A stretch of 64,000 nt of DNA from contig CAVVJT010000010.1 in assembly GCA_963748625.1 (NCBI GenBank), positions 768,001 to 832,000 on the forward strand. Reading direction: 5' to 3'. The position numbers and the translations under genes are program-made. The DNA comes from an uncultured Chloroflexia bacterium (GTDB taxonomy: Bacteria > Chloroflexota > Limnocylindria > Limnocylindrales > CSP1-4). The notes beneath the pieces are model-generated. The model made no database searches, was not told where the DNA came from, and saw only the letters and a list, made by a program, of their open reading frames with translations. Within the stretch, counting starts at the first letter, position 1. Each line of letters opens with the position of its first letter. This document shows positions 41,579 to 52,517 of this stretch, in pieces.

Positions 41579-42148
41579 ATGCTGGGGAGCCTCGTGGGGG
41601 AGCCGACGCGGGAACGGGACGGACGAGCGTCCCTGCGCGTCCTCGACGAGCGGGAGGCGGCGTTCCGGCACCTCTGCGACCGCAACCTGGACGGCGCCTA
41701 CCGGCTGGCTGGGGTGATCCTCGGCGACCGCGTGGAGGCGGAGGATGCGGTCCACGACGCGGCTGTCGCGGCCTGGCGGTCCTTCGCAAGCCTGCGCGAC
41801 CTCGAACGGTTCGAGCCGTGGTTTCGGCGCATCGTGGTGAACGGCTGCCGGGACCGGTTGCGGGCGCGGGCGCGCCATCGCGTGGTCGATCTCGGCCGGG
41901 AGCTTGCCGAACGGGAGCACCCCGTGGTGTCCGATGCCTCCGCCGCCGCCGCGGACCGGCTTGCCGTCGAGGACGCCCTCGACGCGCTCGATCCCGATCA
42001 CCGGATCGTCGTTGTGCTCCGGTTCCATACCGACCTCACCGTTCCGGCGATCGCCGCGACCCTCGGCATCCCCGAGGGGACGGTGAAGTCGCGGCTGCAC
42101 CACGCGCTCGGCCGCCTCCGCGCGGCGATGGAGGAGGCGGACCGATGA
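41579..42148 (+). CDS. ECF RNA polymerase sigma-70 factor
   Basis: Region 2 AEDAVHD..FEPWFRRIVVN.CRD; region 4 IAATLGIPEGTVKSRLH; GGAGG RBS. Confidence 0.93.
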   Translation: MLGSLVGEPTRERDGRASLRVLDEREAAFRHLCDRNLDGAYRLAGVILGDRVEAEDAVHDAAVAAWRSFASLRDLERFEPWFRRIVVNGCRDRLRARARHRVVDLGRELAEREHPVVSDASAAAADRLAVEDALDALDPDHRIVVVLRFHTDLTVPAIAATLGIPEGTVKSRLHHALGRLRAAMEEADR

Positions 42149-44704
42149 GCGGACGCCACGACGACGACATGAACGACCTCGATCCGCGCCTGGAGCGTGC
42201 GCTGCACGACGTGCTCGGCGCCCGCGACCCCGGGTCCGCGTCGCGGACGCTGCGCGAGCGGGTGGACCGGGTCCCGGAGCAGGACGCAGCCGGACGTGAG
42301 CGGCGGTCCCGGGCGAACTCCGCGCTGCTGGCCGTCGTAGGACTGGCCGCCACGCTCCTGCTGGTGGCCGTGCTCGGCCCGATGCTCGCGGCACGGCCAC
42401 AGGGCCCGGCGACGAGCGCGGACCCGTCGGGCGTGATCGGGACGCCGCTCCCGACCACCCCGCCCGACGTCCCGTACGACTACCCGGAGATGGCGCCCTA
42501 CGTCATCGACTCCGGCGGGCCCTCCCCGCTGATCGACCCCGTGCTCGCGCTGCCCGTGGTCCTGGTCGGTGCGGCAGCAATCGTGCTCGCCGTTGCCACC
42601 GGGCGGCGGATCCGGCGGCGGCGCTCCGGGTCCATCGAGAACCGGCACGGCCGCCTCGCCCGCCTCTCGGACCGCCAGCTCGGTCTCGCCTGGGTCGGCG
42701 TCATCGTCGCCGCCGTTGTGCTGGTCGCCGTTCCGCAGCCGTTGACCGCGTCCGTCAACGGGACTGGCGGCCCGTTCCTGGTGACCGTCGAGGGCATCAC
42801 CCCCAGTGACGTCTTCGAAGGCCAGACGACCGCACCCCACCCGGGCCAGGTCAGCTTCCAGGAGCTCACGATCACGAACCGCGGCCTGCTTCCGGCGACG
42901 GTTGGGCAACCGCAGCCCTGGAGCCTCGACGGCCTGCCGATCCAGCCCGGGCGCTTTGCCACCGTCCGCCTGACCTACGAGGAGGCGCTGGCGATCCCCG
43001 AGCCCGAGCCCGTGCTGCTGTGGCCGGGCCAGTCCACCTACGTCCGCCTCCTCTATTCGCACCTCCCCTGCGAGGCCTGGGGAGTCCCGGCCAGCCCGAC
43101 CAGCACCCCGTGGCCGACGTTCCGCCCTGACGGGGAGGCGCCGGTCGTGCCGCCGGACACGGAGGTCGTGGTGCGGACCGACCTCCCGGTGGCAGGCTCG
43201 GTGCTCGGCCTGCCGCGGACGCTCGTCGTGGACACCGGCTATCCCTTCGGCATGGTGGTGCCAACTGCCTGCCCGCCCAGCGAACCGATTGCGGTCGCCG
43301 ACCCCTCGCGTGTGCCGGCCGACCTCGCGATGGGCAACGGAGCGGGCGTCTACACGCCAGGAGACGGCGCCCGGAACGGGCCAGACGTGGATCATCCTGG
43401 TGGACGTCGCGCTCATCGTGACGGCTGTCGGCATCGCGTGGGCCCTGCGCCGGCGCCGGGCCCTGGCGGTGCTCGTGGTCGGCCTGGCGCTCGCGACGGC
43501 CTGGTGGACGGTCCAGCCGGCGTCGCTCTCCTCCGACCCGACGGACCTCGTGGGGCAGGGGCAGGTGTCGGGCGGCGAGGAGGGTGTCCCGACCACGTTC
43601 GACGTCGGCAGCGGCGGCGTGCTGACCTTCGGCTTCACGCTGCACAACGACGACCCGGTCCCGGTCACCCTGCTCGGTGTCGAAGTCGGCAGCCGGCCAA
43701 CTGCGGCTCACCGGGCTCGGGCGGCCCTGGGGGACGCCGTCGGCGATGCCGTCGGACAACGCTGCCTTCTTCGTGCCGGTGCAGCGTCGACGGCGGCGCG
43801 ACGCTCCAGGTGCTCGGCCAGGCCACGGCCGGCTCCTGCGCACGCACGCTTGCGCAGCCGCACGACGCCTGGATCCACCTGCGCGCGATCCCGTTCACCT
43901 ATGAACGGCTGGGTTTGCGCCAGACGACCCTGGTGCCGCTGGCGAGCTCGATCCGGGTACCCGGCGACGCCGCGTGCCTGGCGTCGGCGGCAGTGGCCCC
44001 CGACGGACGCGAGGCATGGTTCCCGGTTCGGGCGCCGGTCGCCGCCGACCCCGTGTTCCTCGGCGGCATCGCGGCATGGCTGCTGGCCGGGATGGCCGTC
44101 CTGGTGACGGTCGCGTTCTTCCGCCGACGCGACCGGCGGAGGGCCGCGGTCGCGCTGGCGGCGCCGTCCTTCTTGGTGGCTGGTTCGCATTCGGCTACCT
44201 GGTGCCGGTCGAACTGGTCGTGTACGGCACCCAAGCGGACATCGGCACCGTGGACAACCCGAACGACAACGAGACGAACAGCCTCTTCGTGAACGCAGCT
44301 CCGGGGGAGGCAGTTCGCCTTCGGGATTGTGCCGAGCGGAGACCGCGTGATCCCGGTCACGATCACGGGCCTCGCAGCCGGCGAGGGGCAGGGACCATGG
44401 ACGAGTCTCTGGTCCAGCACGGCCGTGTCCGATGACGCCTGGACGCGCCCAACCAGCCGGTCGGCCCGGACGCGGCTGCCCGCTGGTCCGAGCTCGGGCT
44501 CTGGGTCACGGCGAACCGCCGACGAGTGCGCCGTTCCGAGGCCCGACCCGGCGCAGCCACCTCCGTTGGCCTCGACTACGTGCAGTTGCGGGTGACGGTG
44601 AGGATCGAGGTGCTCGGCATCCCGCGGACGGTGGAGCTCGACGAGATGGCGTGGCCCCTGGCGCCGCTCTCCGGCCGACGTGTCTCCAGGCGGGCGGCGG
44701 CTAG
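42145..44704 (+). CDS. Large membrane protein, probable anti-sigma/sensor with three TM + Ig-like modules; several frameshifts, end approximate
   Basis: ATGA coupling to the sigma gene; N-terminal LERALHD..P..SRTLRERV; repeated T.TN.G..P.T and LG..RT motifs. Confidence 0.6.
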
Positions 44705-44707
44705 GCG

Positions 44708-44998
44708 TCAGCCACGGCGGATCGTCGTCTCGTACTCGGGGAAGTAGCGGCCGATCACGGGCAGGTCGAACCGGCGCAGGATCGACTCCTTCGGCTCACG
44801 CCGCAGCAGGAACGCGAACGAGCGCTCGACGAGGTCGTCGGGCTGGTCGGCGCCCGGGGCGAAGCGGGCCAGGTCCTCGCGCGACACCGCCACCTCGTGC
44901 TCGGTCTGGCGGCCGCTGGCCGGGTCGCCCACCGTGACGCGGCAGGTCCAGCCGGCGGGACCGGGCTCGCAGGTGACGGCGACGGGCTCAGGGCTCAT
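44708..44998 (-). CDS. Small hypothetical protein (96 aa)
   Basis: SFAFLLRREPKESILRRFDLPVIGRYFPEYE; ATGA overlap with the nei stop. Confidence 0.78.
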   Translation of the reverse strand: MSPEPVAVTCEPGPAGWTCRVTVGDPASGRQTEHEVAVSREDLARFAPGADQPDDLVERSFAFLLRREPKESILRRFDLPVIGRYFPEYETTIRRG

Positions 44999-45779
44999 GG
45001 GGCACTCCGGGGATCGGGCTGGCAGGTAGGGCACCAGAAGGTCAGCCTCGGCAGGTCGATGCCCTGGTGCTCGACCGCGGATGATCGCACCGCAGCGGGG
45101 ACACGGCCGGGCGGCCCGCCGGTAGACGTGGCGGGGCCGACGGCCGGTGGCCACGCCCTCACGGAGGACCACGATCGCGCGGTCGACCAGGTCGCGCAGG
45201 AGCAGCGTCGTCCACGTCGGCGACCCGGCGCCACGGCGACACGCCCGCCTGCCAGAGCACCTCGTTCTTGACCTCGTTGCCGATGCCCGCGAGCGCGCGC
45301 TGGTCCAGCAGCGCGGGCCCGATCTCAATCGCCGCCCGCGACGGCTCCCGCAGGCGGCGGATCGCCTCGTCCACGTCCACCGGCGGCTTGAGCAGGTCCG
45401 GCCCGAGGCGGGAGAGCGACGGGTGCAACGCCTCGGCCCGCTGCTCGAACAGCTCGACCACGGGCGCGTCGAAGCACACGCAGACCGACCCGGGCACCTC
45501 CAGCACGAGGCAGGCCCGAGACGGGGCCAGGCGCCACCGCTCGCCCGGCCGGTACCGGTGCCAGGAGCCGTGCATTCGCAGGTGCGTCCTGATCTCCAGC
45601 CCGTTCGAGAACCGGATCAGCAGGTTCTTGCCCTGCGCCTCGACCACGGTCACCTCCGCGCCGACAGCCTTCTCGACGCGCGGACCCGGCTGGCGCGCGC
45701 TCGCGGCGGTCACCACCTGCCCCACGAGCCAGGGCCGCAGGCCGTTCGCCGTGCGGACGAGGGTGTCGCCCTCGGGCAC
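44995..45779 (-). CDS. nei: Fpg/Nei family DNA glycosylase (Nei2-like); frameshifts near 45205 and 45070
   Basis: MPEGD, GKNL, HLRMHG, LGPD, LLDQ..AGIGN, zinc finger CPRC...CPTCQ. Confidence 0.9.
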
Positions 45780-45941
45780 CTACCCAGCCTCGGGCACGGC
45801 GAGCGGATCGTCGCCGTCGGGAACCAGGACTGCGGACTGCTGGGCCACCTCCGAACGATAGCCGAGGCCAATCCCACCGCGGCTCTGGTGCGAAGAGAGA
45901 GGTACCGGCCGCACCGAGTGGGCCGGACCGACGAGGGAGTC

Positions 45942-46967
45942 ATGCTCGAGCACGCCATCATCGCCGAAGGCCTTCGCAAGTCGTACCGGGACGTCCACGC
46001 TCTCCGTGGGGTCGACCTGCTGGTGCCCTCGGGCACGATCCTCGGCCTCCTTGGCCCCAACGGGGCCGGCAAGACGACCGCCGTGCGCATCCTCTCCACG
46101 CTGCTCCGTCCCGATGAAGGACGGGCGACGGTGGCAGGCCACGACGTCGTCCGCGAGCCCGATGCCGTGCGGGCCTCGATCGGCCTGACCGGCCAGTACG
46201 CGGCCGTCGACGAGAACCTCACCGGACGCGAGAACCTGGAGCTGGTAGGACGGCTGCTGCACATCGGACGGCCTGCGGCACGCACCCGGGCCGACGAACT
46301 GCTCGAGACGTTCGACCTGACCAACGCCGGCGGCCGCCCCGCCCGCACCTATTCCGGTGGCATGCGCCGCCGCCTCGACCTCGCGGCGAGCCTCGTGGGC
46401 AGGCCGTCGGTCCTCTTCCTCGACGAGCCGACCACTGGTCTCGACCCTGCCAGCCGCCTCGGGCTCTGGGAGGTCATCGAAGGCCTCGTGGCCGACGGGA
46501 CGACCATCCTGCTGACGACCCAGTACCTCGACGAGGCCGATCGACTCGCCGACCGGATCGCTGTCATCGACGGCGGCCTGGTGATCGCGGAGGGGACCGC
46601 CGGAGAGCTCAAGGACCGCCTCGGCGAGGACGTCGTCGACCTCCGGGTCGCGGTCGCCACCCGCACGGCCGAGGCCGGCGAGCTGCTCCGTCCGCTCGCC
46701 GCGGCGGAGCCGCGCATCGACGTCGAGACCGGGCGGATCAGCCTGCCCGTGCACCACGGGGCGGGCACGCTCCCCGAAGTCGTCCGCCGCATCGACGGCG
46801 CGGGAATCGAGGTGGCCGAGCTCTCGCTCCACCGGCCGAGCCTGGACGACGTCTTCCTGGCCCTCACCGGCCGTCGCGCCGAGGAGGGCGACAGCGACCG
46901 GGAGGCCACCGAAACCCCCACTCCCCGGCGCCGCTTCGGCCGCCCGGCCCGGAGGAATGCCGCATGA
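45942..46967 (+). CDS. DrrA-type ABC-2 exporter ATPase
   Basis: GPNGAGKTT, TGQYAAVDE, YSGGMRRR, LDEPTTGLD, TTQYLDEAD, PSLDDVFL. Confidence 0.93.
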   Translation: MLEHAIIAEGLRKSYRDVHALRGVDLLVPSGTILGLLGPNGAGKTTAVRILSTLLRPDEGRATVAGHDVVREPDAVRASIGLTGQYAAVDENLTGRENLELVGRLLHIGRPAARTRADELLETFDLTNAGGRPARTYSGGMRRRLDLAASLVGRPSVLFLDEPTTGLDPASRLGLWEVIEGLVADGTTILLTTQYLDEADRLADRIAVIDGGLVIAEGTAGELKDRLGEDVVDLRVAVATRTAEAGELLRPLAAAEPRIDVETGRISLPVHHGAGTLPEVVRRIDGAGIEVAELSLHRPSLDDVFLALTGRRAEEGDSDREATETPTPRRRFGRPARRNAA

Positions 46968-47789
46968 CCGCTGTCAGCACGACCACCACCGCCGCCGCGA
47001 GCCGGCCGCCGTGGCCACATCCACCGTTCGCCGTGGTGGATCGTCACCGACTCGGTCACGATCGCCTGGCGCAACATGCTGGCCGTCGTCCGGAACCCGC
47101 AGCTCCTCGTCGTGGACACGATCACACCGATCATGTTCGTGCTGCTGTTCGCGGTCGTGTTCGGCGGCGCCATCAACACACCAGGCCTCGACTACATCAC
47201 GTTCCTGATGCCCGGCATCTTCGTCCAGACGGTTGTCTTCGGCGGGACCGGCACCGCGGTGGGCCTCTCCGAGGACCTCCAGAAGGGAATCATCGACCGC
47301 TTCCGCTCCCTCCCGATGGCCCCCTCGGCGGTGCTGATCGGCAAGACGTTCGCCGACCTGCTCCGCAACGCGTACACCGTCGTGGTGATGACGGCTGTCG
47401 GCTTCCTCATCGGCTTCCGCTTCACCGGCTCGGTGGCCGAGTTCCTCCTGGCGCTCGTGATCATCACGCTCTTCGGGTACGCGATCAGCTGGCTCTCGGC
47501 GAACATCGGCCTCCGTGCCAAGTCGTCACAGGCGGCGCAGGGGGCGATCTTCATCGCCGTCTTCCCCCTCACCTTCCTGTCGTCCGCCTTCGTCCCGGTG
47601 GCAACGATGCCGGAGTGGCTCCAGCCGATCGCGGAAGCGAACCCGGTGACGGTGGTGGTGAACGCGGCGCGCGGCCTGATCATCGGGCTGCCGCAGACCG
47701 ACACCATCCTGCTGGCCGGCGCCTGGATCGTCGGGATGGTCGCGGTCTTCGCCCCGATGGCGGTCTGGAGCTATCGCCGCCGCGGGTAG
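46964..47789 (+). CDS. DrrB-type ABC-2 permease (frameshift near 47015)
   Basis: PIMFVLLF..VFGG, GIIDRFRSLPM, SSAFVP..MP.WLQ...NP. Confidence 0.9.
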
Positions 47790-47813
47790 CGTCGAGGCCC
47801 AGCAGCAGCGGAT

Positions 47814-50800
47814 CTATCTCGACGGACGAACAGGTCGCGGCCGTGGGTACGTCCGCTCGGTGCGACGCGGCGGGCCCGGCCCGCAGCGCGTACCCCCGGT
47901 AGCCGGCCACGAATCCGGCGGCCAGCAGCGCGTCCTTGAACGGCGACGAGCCCGACCGCCTCGCCATCCACCTTGCCGATCACCAATTCGCGCACACGCC
48001 CGTCGGCCACGAGATCGCCCAAGGCCCGCAGCGCCGCCGCCGAGCACGGCGGGCGCATCGGCAGCCGCCAGCACCTGGAGCGACGACCCGCCGCGGTCCA
48101 CGTACAGCGCCGCGGCCCCGTCCACCAGCACCACGTAGGCCCCGGCGGCCCGCTGGAAGACCCGCTTGTCACCCTCGCCCCGGCGCGGCCAGGGCAGCGC
48201 GGCCCCGTACGGGTTCGCAGGATCGGCGGCGGCCAGCAGGTGCACCACATGGCCGTGCTCACCCGCCACCTCGCCCGGCAGGTCCCGCATCGCCCGGAGC
48301 CTGTCAACGGCCCCCGGGAGCGCGAACTGCGCCGCGCCCAGCCCGTCCACGAAGTAGCCGCGCCGGATCCGACCGCCCTCCTCGAGCAGCTTGAACACGG
48401 GGTACACGGCGCTGAACCCACCGTCCACGGCCTCGCTGCCCACCGCCTCACGGGTGACCACGCCGTGGCGTTCGAGCAGCACCATGGCCTGCGCATGGAG
48501 GCGCTCGGTGCGCGAGGGCCCAGACGAGCCGCCCGCATCGTCGTCCCCTGGATCCCAGGCCAGCGACCAGCGGCCCGCGGCCTCCGGCGGCCCCAGCGAT
48601 GTCAGCCGGCCAGGTCGCGGCCGGTGGTCCTTCGCCGGCCGCTTCCAGCGCAATGCCCGGAGCGGCGCGAAGGTGTCGTTGGTGACCTCGCCCGCCCAGA
48701 CGAGGTCCCAGAGCACGTCGAGCACCTCCCGGTCCGACCGCGCGCCCGATGCCGTGAACAGCTCCCGGTAGAAGCAGGCACCGCGACGGCGAAGGTGGGC
48801 TCGCAGCCGCTCGTGGATGTCGCTCGACGGGCGCTCGACGCCGTCGGGCGGGCCGACCGGGCGCAGCACCTCGCGGCCGGGCCGGTACAGCACGATACGC
48901 CCGTCGTCGCGCCCGAGGCTCCCCCGCCCCACCCAGGCGACCTCGCCCATCGCACCCAGCTCGTCGAGGAGACGCGGCTGGTAGCCGGGGACACGTGCCG
49001 GGAGCACGTCCCGTTCCAGGACCGACGCCGGGATCGGGAGGCCCGCGAGCTGGTCCACGGCCTGGGCGAGGCGCTCGAGCGCCGCATCGCCCCGGAGCGG
49101 ATGCACGACAGCGCCCGACGCGGCGGCCCCTGCCGACGGCGACGGGGCCACCCCCTGCCATGCCGCCAGGAAGCGCGCAAGCACGACGGGATCCACCGGC
49201 TCCACCTCGCGGCGCAGCCGTGCGAGCGAGCGTCGGCGAAGCAGTCGCAGCACCTCGGGATCGCAGTACTCGCGCTCGGCGCCACCCGGCCGGAACTCAC
49301 CGGCCAGCAGCGTCCCGGCGGCGACCAGGCGGTGCAGCGCGTCCTCGACGACCCCGGCGGGAAGCCCCCAGCGTCGCGCGGGCCCGGCGCCGGTGAATGG
49401 ACCGTGGCTCCGGGCGTACCGGGCGAGCAGGCCGTCGAGGGCGCCGACGACCGGCGCGAGGAACGCGGCCGGCACGCCGGGCGGCGCGGCCACCCCCACC
49501 CCGTCCCGGTACCTCGCCACGTCCTCCATCGCGATCCAGCGCTCCTCGCCGGCGATCCGGGCCCGGACCGCACGCCGGGTGGACGCCAGCTCCGCGAGGT
49601 GCAGCAGCGCCTCGACCCTCCCGCCGGCCGTCCGTGCCCCCGCCTCGTCCGGGGAGAGATCGCCCAGGCGCCTGAGCTGGTCGTGGACCTGGTCCGCGGT
49701 CCTCGCCAGGCGATCGTCCGAGAGGGCCTGCAGGCTCAGCTCCAGGTCCGCGAGGGCGTCGGGATCGAGGAGCTCGCGCAGCTCCTCCTGGCCGAGCAGC
49801 TCGCGGAGGAGGTCCCGGTCCAGGGTGAGTGCCTGGGCGCGGCGCTCGGCGAGCGGCGCGTCGCCCTCGTACATGTACGCCGCGACGTAGTCGAACAGGA
49901 GCGACGAGGCGAACGGGGAGGCGGAAGCGGTCTCCACGCCGTGGACGAGAATCTCCCGGCGCTGCACGCCGCCGAGGAGGTCGCGGAGCGCCGGGAGGTC
50001 GAACACGTCGGCCAGGCACTCGCGATACGTCTCCACGAGGATCGGGAACGAGCCGTAGCGCGAGGCGACTGCGAGCAGGTCGGCGGCCCGCTGGCGCTGC
50101 TGCCAGAGCGGTGTGCGGGTTCCGGGCCGCCGCCTCGGCAGCAGCAGGGCGCGCGCAGCGTTCTCACGGAACCGTGAGGCGAAGAGGGACGACTGACCGA
50201 CCCTCCCGACGACCAGGTCCTCGACCTCGTCCGGGTCCGGGAACAGCAGCTCCTCCACCCCGTCGAGCGTGCCGTCGCTCTCCGGCAGCCGGATCGCGAT
50301 GCCGTCGTCGGAGTAGATCGTCTGCACCTCGAGGCCCAGGCGCTCCTGCAGCCGCGCCTCGATGGCCAGCGTCCACGGCGCGTGCACCCGGCCACCGAAC
50401 GGGGTCAGGATCACGAGGCGCCAGTCGCCCAGCTCGTCGCGGAAGCGCTCGATGACGATCCGCCGGTCGGTGGGCAGGACGCCGGTCGCCGCCCGCTCGT
50501 CGTCGAGGTAGGCAAGCAGGTTCTCGGCCGCGAGCTCGTCGAGGTCGTGATCGCGCTGGAGGCGATCGGCGGCCCGCGCCCGGCCCTTCGATCCCTTGGC
50601 GAGATCGGCCTCCGTCTCGCGCACGAAGGCGCCGATCTCCCGCCCCAGCTCCACCGGCCGCCCGACCGCGTCCCCGTGCCAGAACGGCAGCTTGCCCGGG
50701 ATCCCTGGGGCGGGCAGCACCGTGACCCGGTTGGGCGAGATGTCCATCACCCGCCAGGAGGACGCTCCAAGCACCACGACATCGCCGTGCATGCCCGCGC

Positions 50801-52469
50801 GCAGCTCGTAGACCATCTCCTCGTCGAGCTCGCCGACGCGCCGCCCGGGCTGACCCGCCTCGCCCTCCATGAACACCGGGTACAGGCCGCGGTCCGGGAT
50901 CGTGCCACCACTGGTAACGGCGACCACCCGTGCATCCCTGCGCCCCTCCACCACGTCGGTGAGGCGATCCCAGGTGACGCGCGGCTTGAGCTCCGCGAAC
51001 TCGTCCGACGGGTAGGCCCCGGAGAGCATGCCGAGCACGCCCTCGAGCGCCTCGCGCGTGAGCGTCTCGAACGGCGCGGCGCGGCGGACCGCCTCGAGCA
51101 GCGCGTCCACCGTGAACGGCTCGGCCAGCGTCATCGCGACGATCTGCTGCGCGAGCACGTCGAGCGGGTTGCGCGGGATCACGGTGGGCTCGATGCGGCC
51201 CAGGTGCATGCCCCGGACTACGACTGCCGTCTCGAGCAGGTCGCCGCGGTACTTCGGGAAGATGACGCCCTTCGACGGCTCGCCGACCTGGTGGCCGGCG
51301 CGGCCAACGCGCTGGAGTCCGCGCGAGACCGATGTCGGGCTCTCGACCTGGATGACGAGATCGACGGCGCCCATGTCGATGCCGAGCTCCAGGGAACTCG
51401 TGGCCACCAGCGCGGGCAGGCGTCCGGCCTTGAGCTCCTCCTCGATCTGCAGGCGCTGCTCACGGGCGATCGATCCGTGGTGGGCGCGGACCAGCTCCTC
51501 GCCTGCGAGCTCGTTGAGGCGTTGGGCCAGGCGCTCGGCGAGGCGGCGGCTGTTCGTGAAGACGATGGTGGAGCGATGCTCGCGGATGAGCTCCAGGATC
51601 CGCGGGTGGATGGCCGGCCAGATCGAGCTCCTCGTCTCGCCACCGAGCACCGGGCCGCCAGGCTGCTCGTCCATCGGCAGGACCTCGCCCAGGCGGGCCA
51701 TGTCCTCAACGGGGACGATCACCTGCAGCTCGAGGTTCTTGCGCGTGCCCGCGTCCACGATCGCCACCTCGCGGCCGTCGCCGGCCCCGCCGAGGTAGCG
51801 CGCGATCGTCTCCAGCGGGCGCTGGGTGGCCGACAGGCCGATGCGCTGGACGGGTGTTGCGTCCGCCGGCCGCAGCCGCTCAAGACGCTCCAGGCTCAGG
51901 GCGAGGTGCGCGCCCCGCTTGGTCCCGGCGATCGCGTGGATCTCGTCAACGATGACGTGCTCGACGCCCCGGAGGATCTCCCGCGCCTGGCTTGTAAGCA
52001 ACAGGTAGAGGCTCTCGGGCGTGGTCACGAGGATGTCCGGCGGCCGGCGGACGAGGTTGCGGCGCTCGTCGGCGGGTGTGTCGCCGGTTCGCGAGGAGAT
52101 GGAGATGCGCGGTGGCTCGAGGCCGAGGCGTTGCGCGGCGAGCGCGATGCCCGCGAGCGGTGCCCGCAGGTTCCGCTCCACGTCGTAGGCCAGCGCCTTC
52201 AACGGCGACACGTAGAGCACGCGCACCGTTCCCGGCTGCGTGCGCGTGGGTGGCGGGCTGGGGCGCTCCACCAGCCGGTCGAGACACCACAGGAACGCGG
52301 CCAGGGTCTTGCCACTGCCGGTGGGGGCGTGGATCAGGGTGTGGCGACCCTCGCTGATCGCCCGCCAGCCATCGGCCTGCGCCGGCGTGGGGGCCTCGAA
52401 CGTCGCCTCGAACCAGGCCCGGACGGCGGGCCCGAAGGGTGCCAGGGGATCACGGATCGGCGTGGCCAC
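47814..52469 (-). CDS. lhr: Long-form Lhr DEAD/H helicase with C-terminal winged-helix/glycosylase-like region; 3' end frameshifted and approximate
   Basis: APTGSGKT, SPLKAL, TTPESL, DEIH, SAT, HHGS, LELGID, QRVGRAGH, RRGYFV.GLGAAQF, DPANPYG. Confidence 0.95.
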   Translation of the reverse strand: MATPIRDPLAPFGPAVRAWFEATFEAPTPAQADGWRAISEGRHTLIHAPTGSGKTLAAFLWCLDRLVERPSPPPTRTQPGTVRVLYVSPLKALAYDVERNLRAPLAGIALAAQRLGLEPPRISISSRTGDTPADERRNLVRRPPDILVTTPESLYLLLTSQAREILRGVEHVIVDEIHAIAGTKRGAHLALSLERLERLRPADATPVQRIGLSATQRPLETIARYLGGAGDGREVAIVDAGTRKNLELQVIVPVEDMARLGEVLPMDEQPGGPVLGGETRSSIWPAIHPRILELIREHRSTIVFTNSRRLAERLAQRLNELAGEELVRAHHGSIAREQRLQIEEELKAGRLPALVATSSLELGIDMGAVDLVIQVESPTSVSRGLQRVGRAGHQVGEPSKGVIFPKYRGDLLETAVVVRGMHLGRIEPTVIPRNPLDVLAQQIVAMTLAEPFTVDALLEAVRRAAPFETLTREALEGVLGMLSGAYPSDEFAELKPRVTWDRLTDVVEGRRDARVVAVTSGGTIPDRGLYPVFMEGEAGQPGRRVGELDEEMVYELRAGMHGDVVVLGASSWRVMDISPNRVTVLPAPGIPGKLPFWHGDAVGRPVELGREIGAFVRETEADLAKGSKGRARAADRLQRDHDLDELAAENLLAYLDDERAATGVLPTDRRIVIERFRDELGDWRLVILTPFGGRVHAPWTLAIEARLQERLGLEVQTIYSDDGIAIRLPESDGTLDGVEELLFPDPDEVEDLVVGRVGQSSLFASRFRENAARALLLPRRRPGTRTPLWQQRQRAADLLAVASRYGSFPILVETYRECLADVFDLPALRDLLGGVQRREILVHGVETASASPFASSLLFDYVAAYMYEGDAPLAERRAQALTLDRDLLRELLGQEELRELLDPDALADLELSLQALSDDRLARTADQVHDQLRRLGDLSPDEAGARTAGGRVEALLHLAELASTRRAVRARIAGEERWIAMEDVARYRDGVGVAAPPGVPAAFLAPVVGALDGLLARYARSHGPFTGAGPARRWGLPAGVVEDALHRLVAAGTLLAGEFRPGGAEREYCDPEVLRLLRRRSLARLRREVEPVDPVVLARFLAAWQGVAPSPSAGAAASGAVVHPLRGDAALERLAQAVDQLAGLPIPASVLERDVLPARVPGYQPRLLDELGAMGEVAWVGRGSLGRDDGRIVLYRPGREVLRPVGPPDGVERPSSDIHERLRAHLRRRGACFYRELFTASGARSDREVLDVLWDLVWAGEVTNDTFAPLRALRWKRPAKDHRPRPGRLTSLGPPEAAGRWSLAWDPGDDDAGGSSGPSRTERLHAQAMVLLERHGVVTREAVGSEAVDGGFSAVYPVFKLLEEGGRIRRGYFVDGLGAAQFALPGAVDRLRAMRDLPGEVAGEHGHVVHLLAAADPANPYGAALPWPRRGEGDKRVFQRAAGAYVVLVDGAAALYVDRGGSSLQVLAAADAPAVLGGGAAGLGRSRGRRACARIGDRQGGWRGGRARRRSRTRCWPPDSWPATGGTRCGPGPPRRTERTYPRPRPVRPSR

Positions 52470-52478
52470 GGGATCGCG

Positions 52479-52484
52479 AGTATA
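52479..52484 (-). promoter_or_regulatory. -10 element of a probably leaderless lhr transcript
   Basis: TATACT 9 nt before the GTG. Confidence 0.6.
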
Positions 52485-52501
52485 GGCCCGGTCCTGCGAT
52501 T

Positions 52502-52515
52502 GGTACAGATGTTCT
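52502..52515 (-). promoter_or_regulatory. Putative LexA (SOS) box
   Basis: AGAAC-ATCT-GTACC, 1 mismatch to GAAC-N4-GTTC, overlapping the -35 position of the lhr promoter. Confidence 0.65.
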
Positions 52516-52517
52516 AG

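Noticed and set aside
41416-42144. 958-aa ORF starting in the VNTR
   Set aside because: The first part overlaps the sigma gene out of frame; the real start is the ATGA-coupled ATG at 42145
45780-47900. DrrAB pair as a mobile element with target-site duplication
   Set aside because: Only a weak tcgcacc(a)gagc similarity at the flanks; no transposase or integrase
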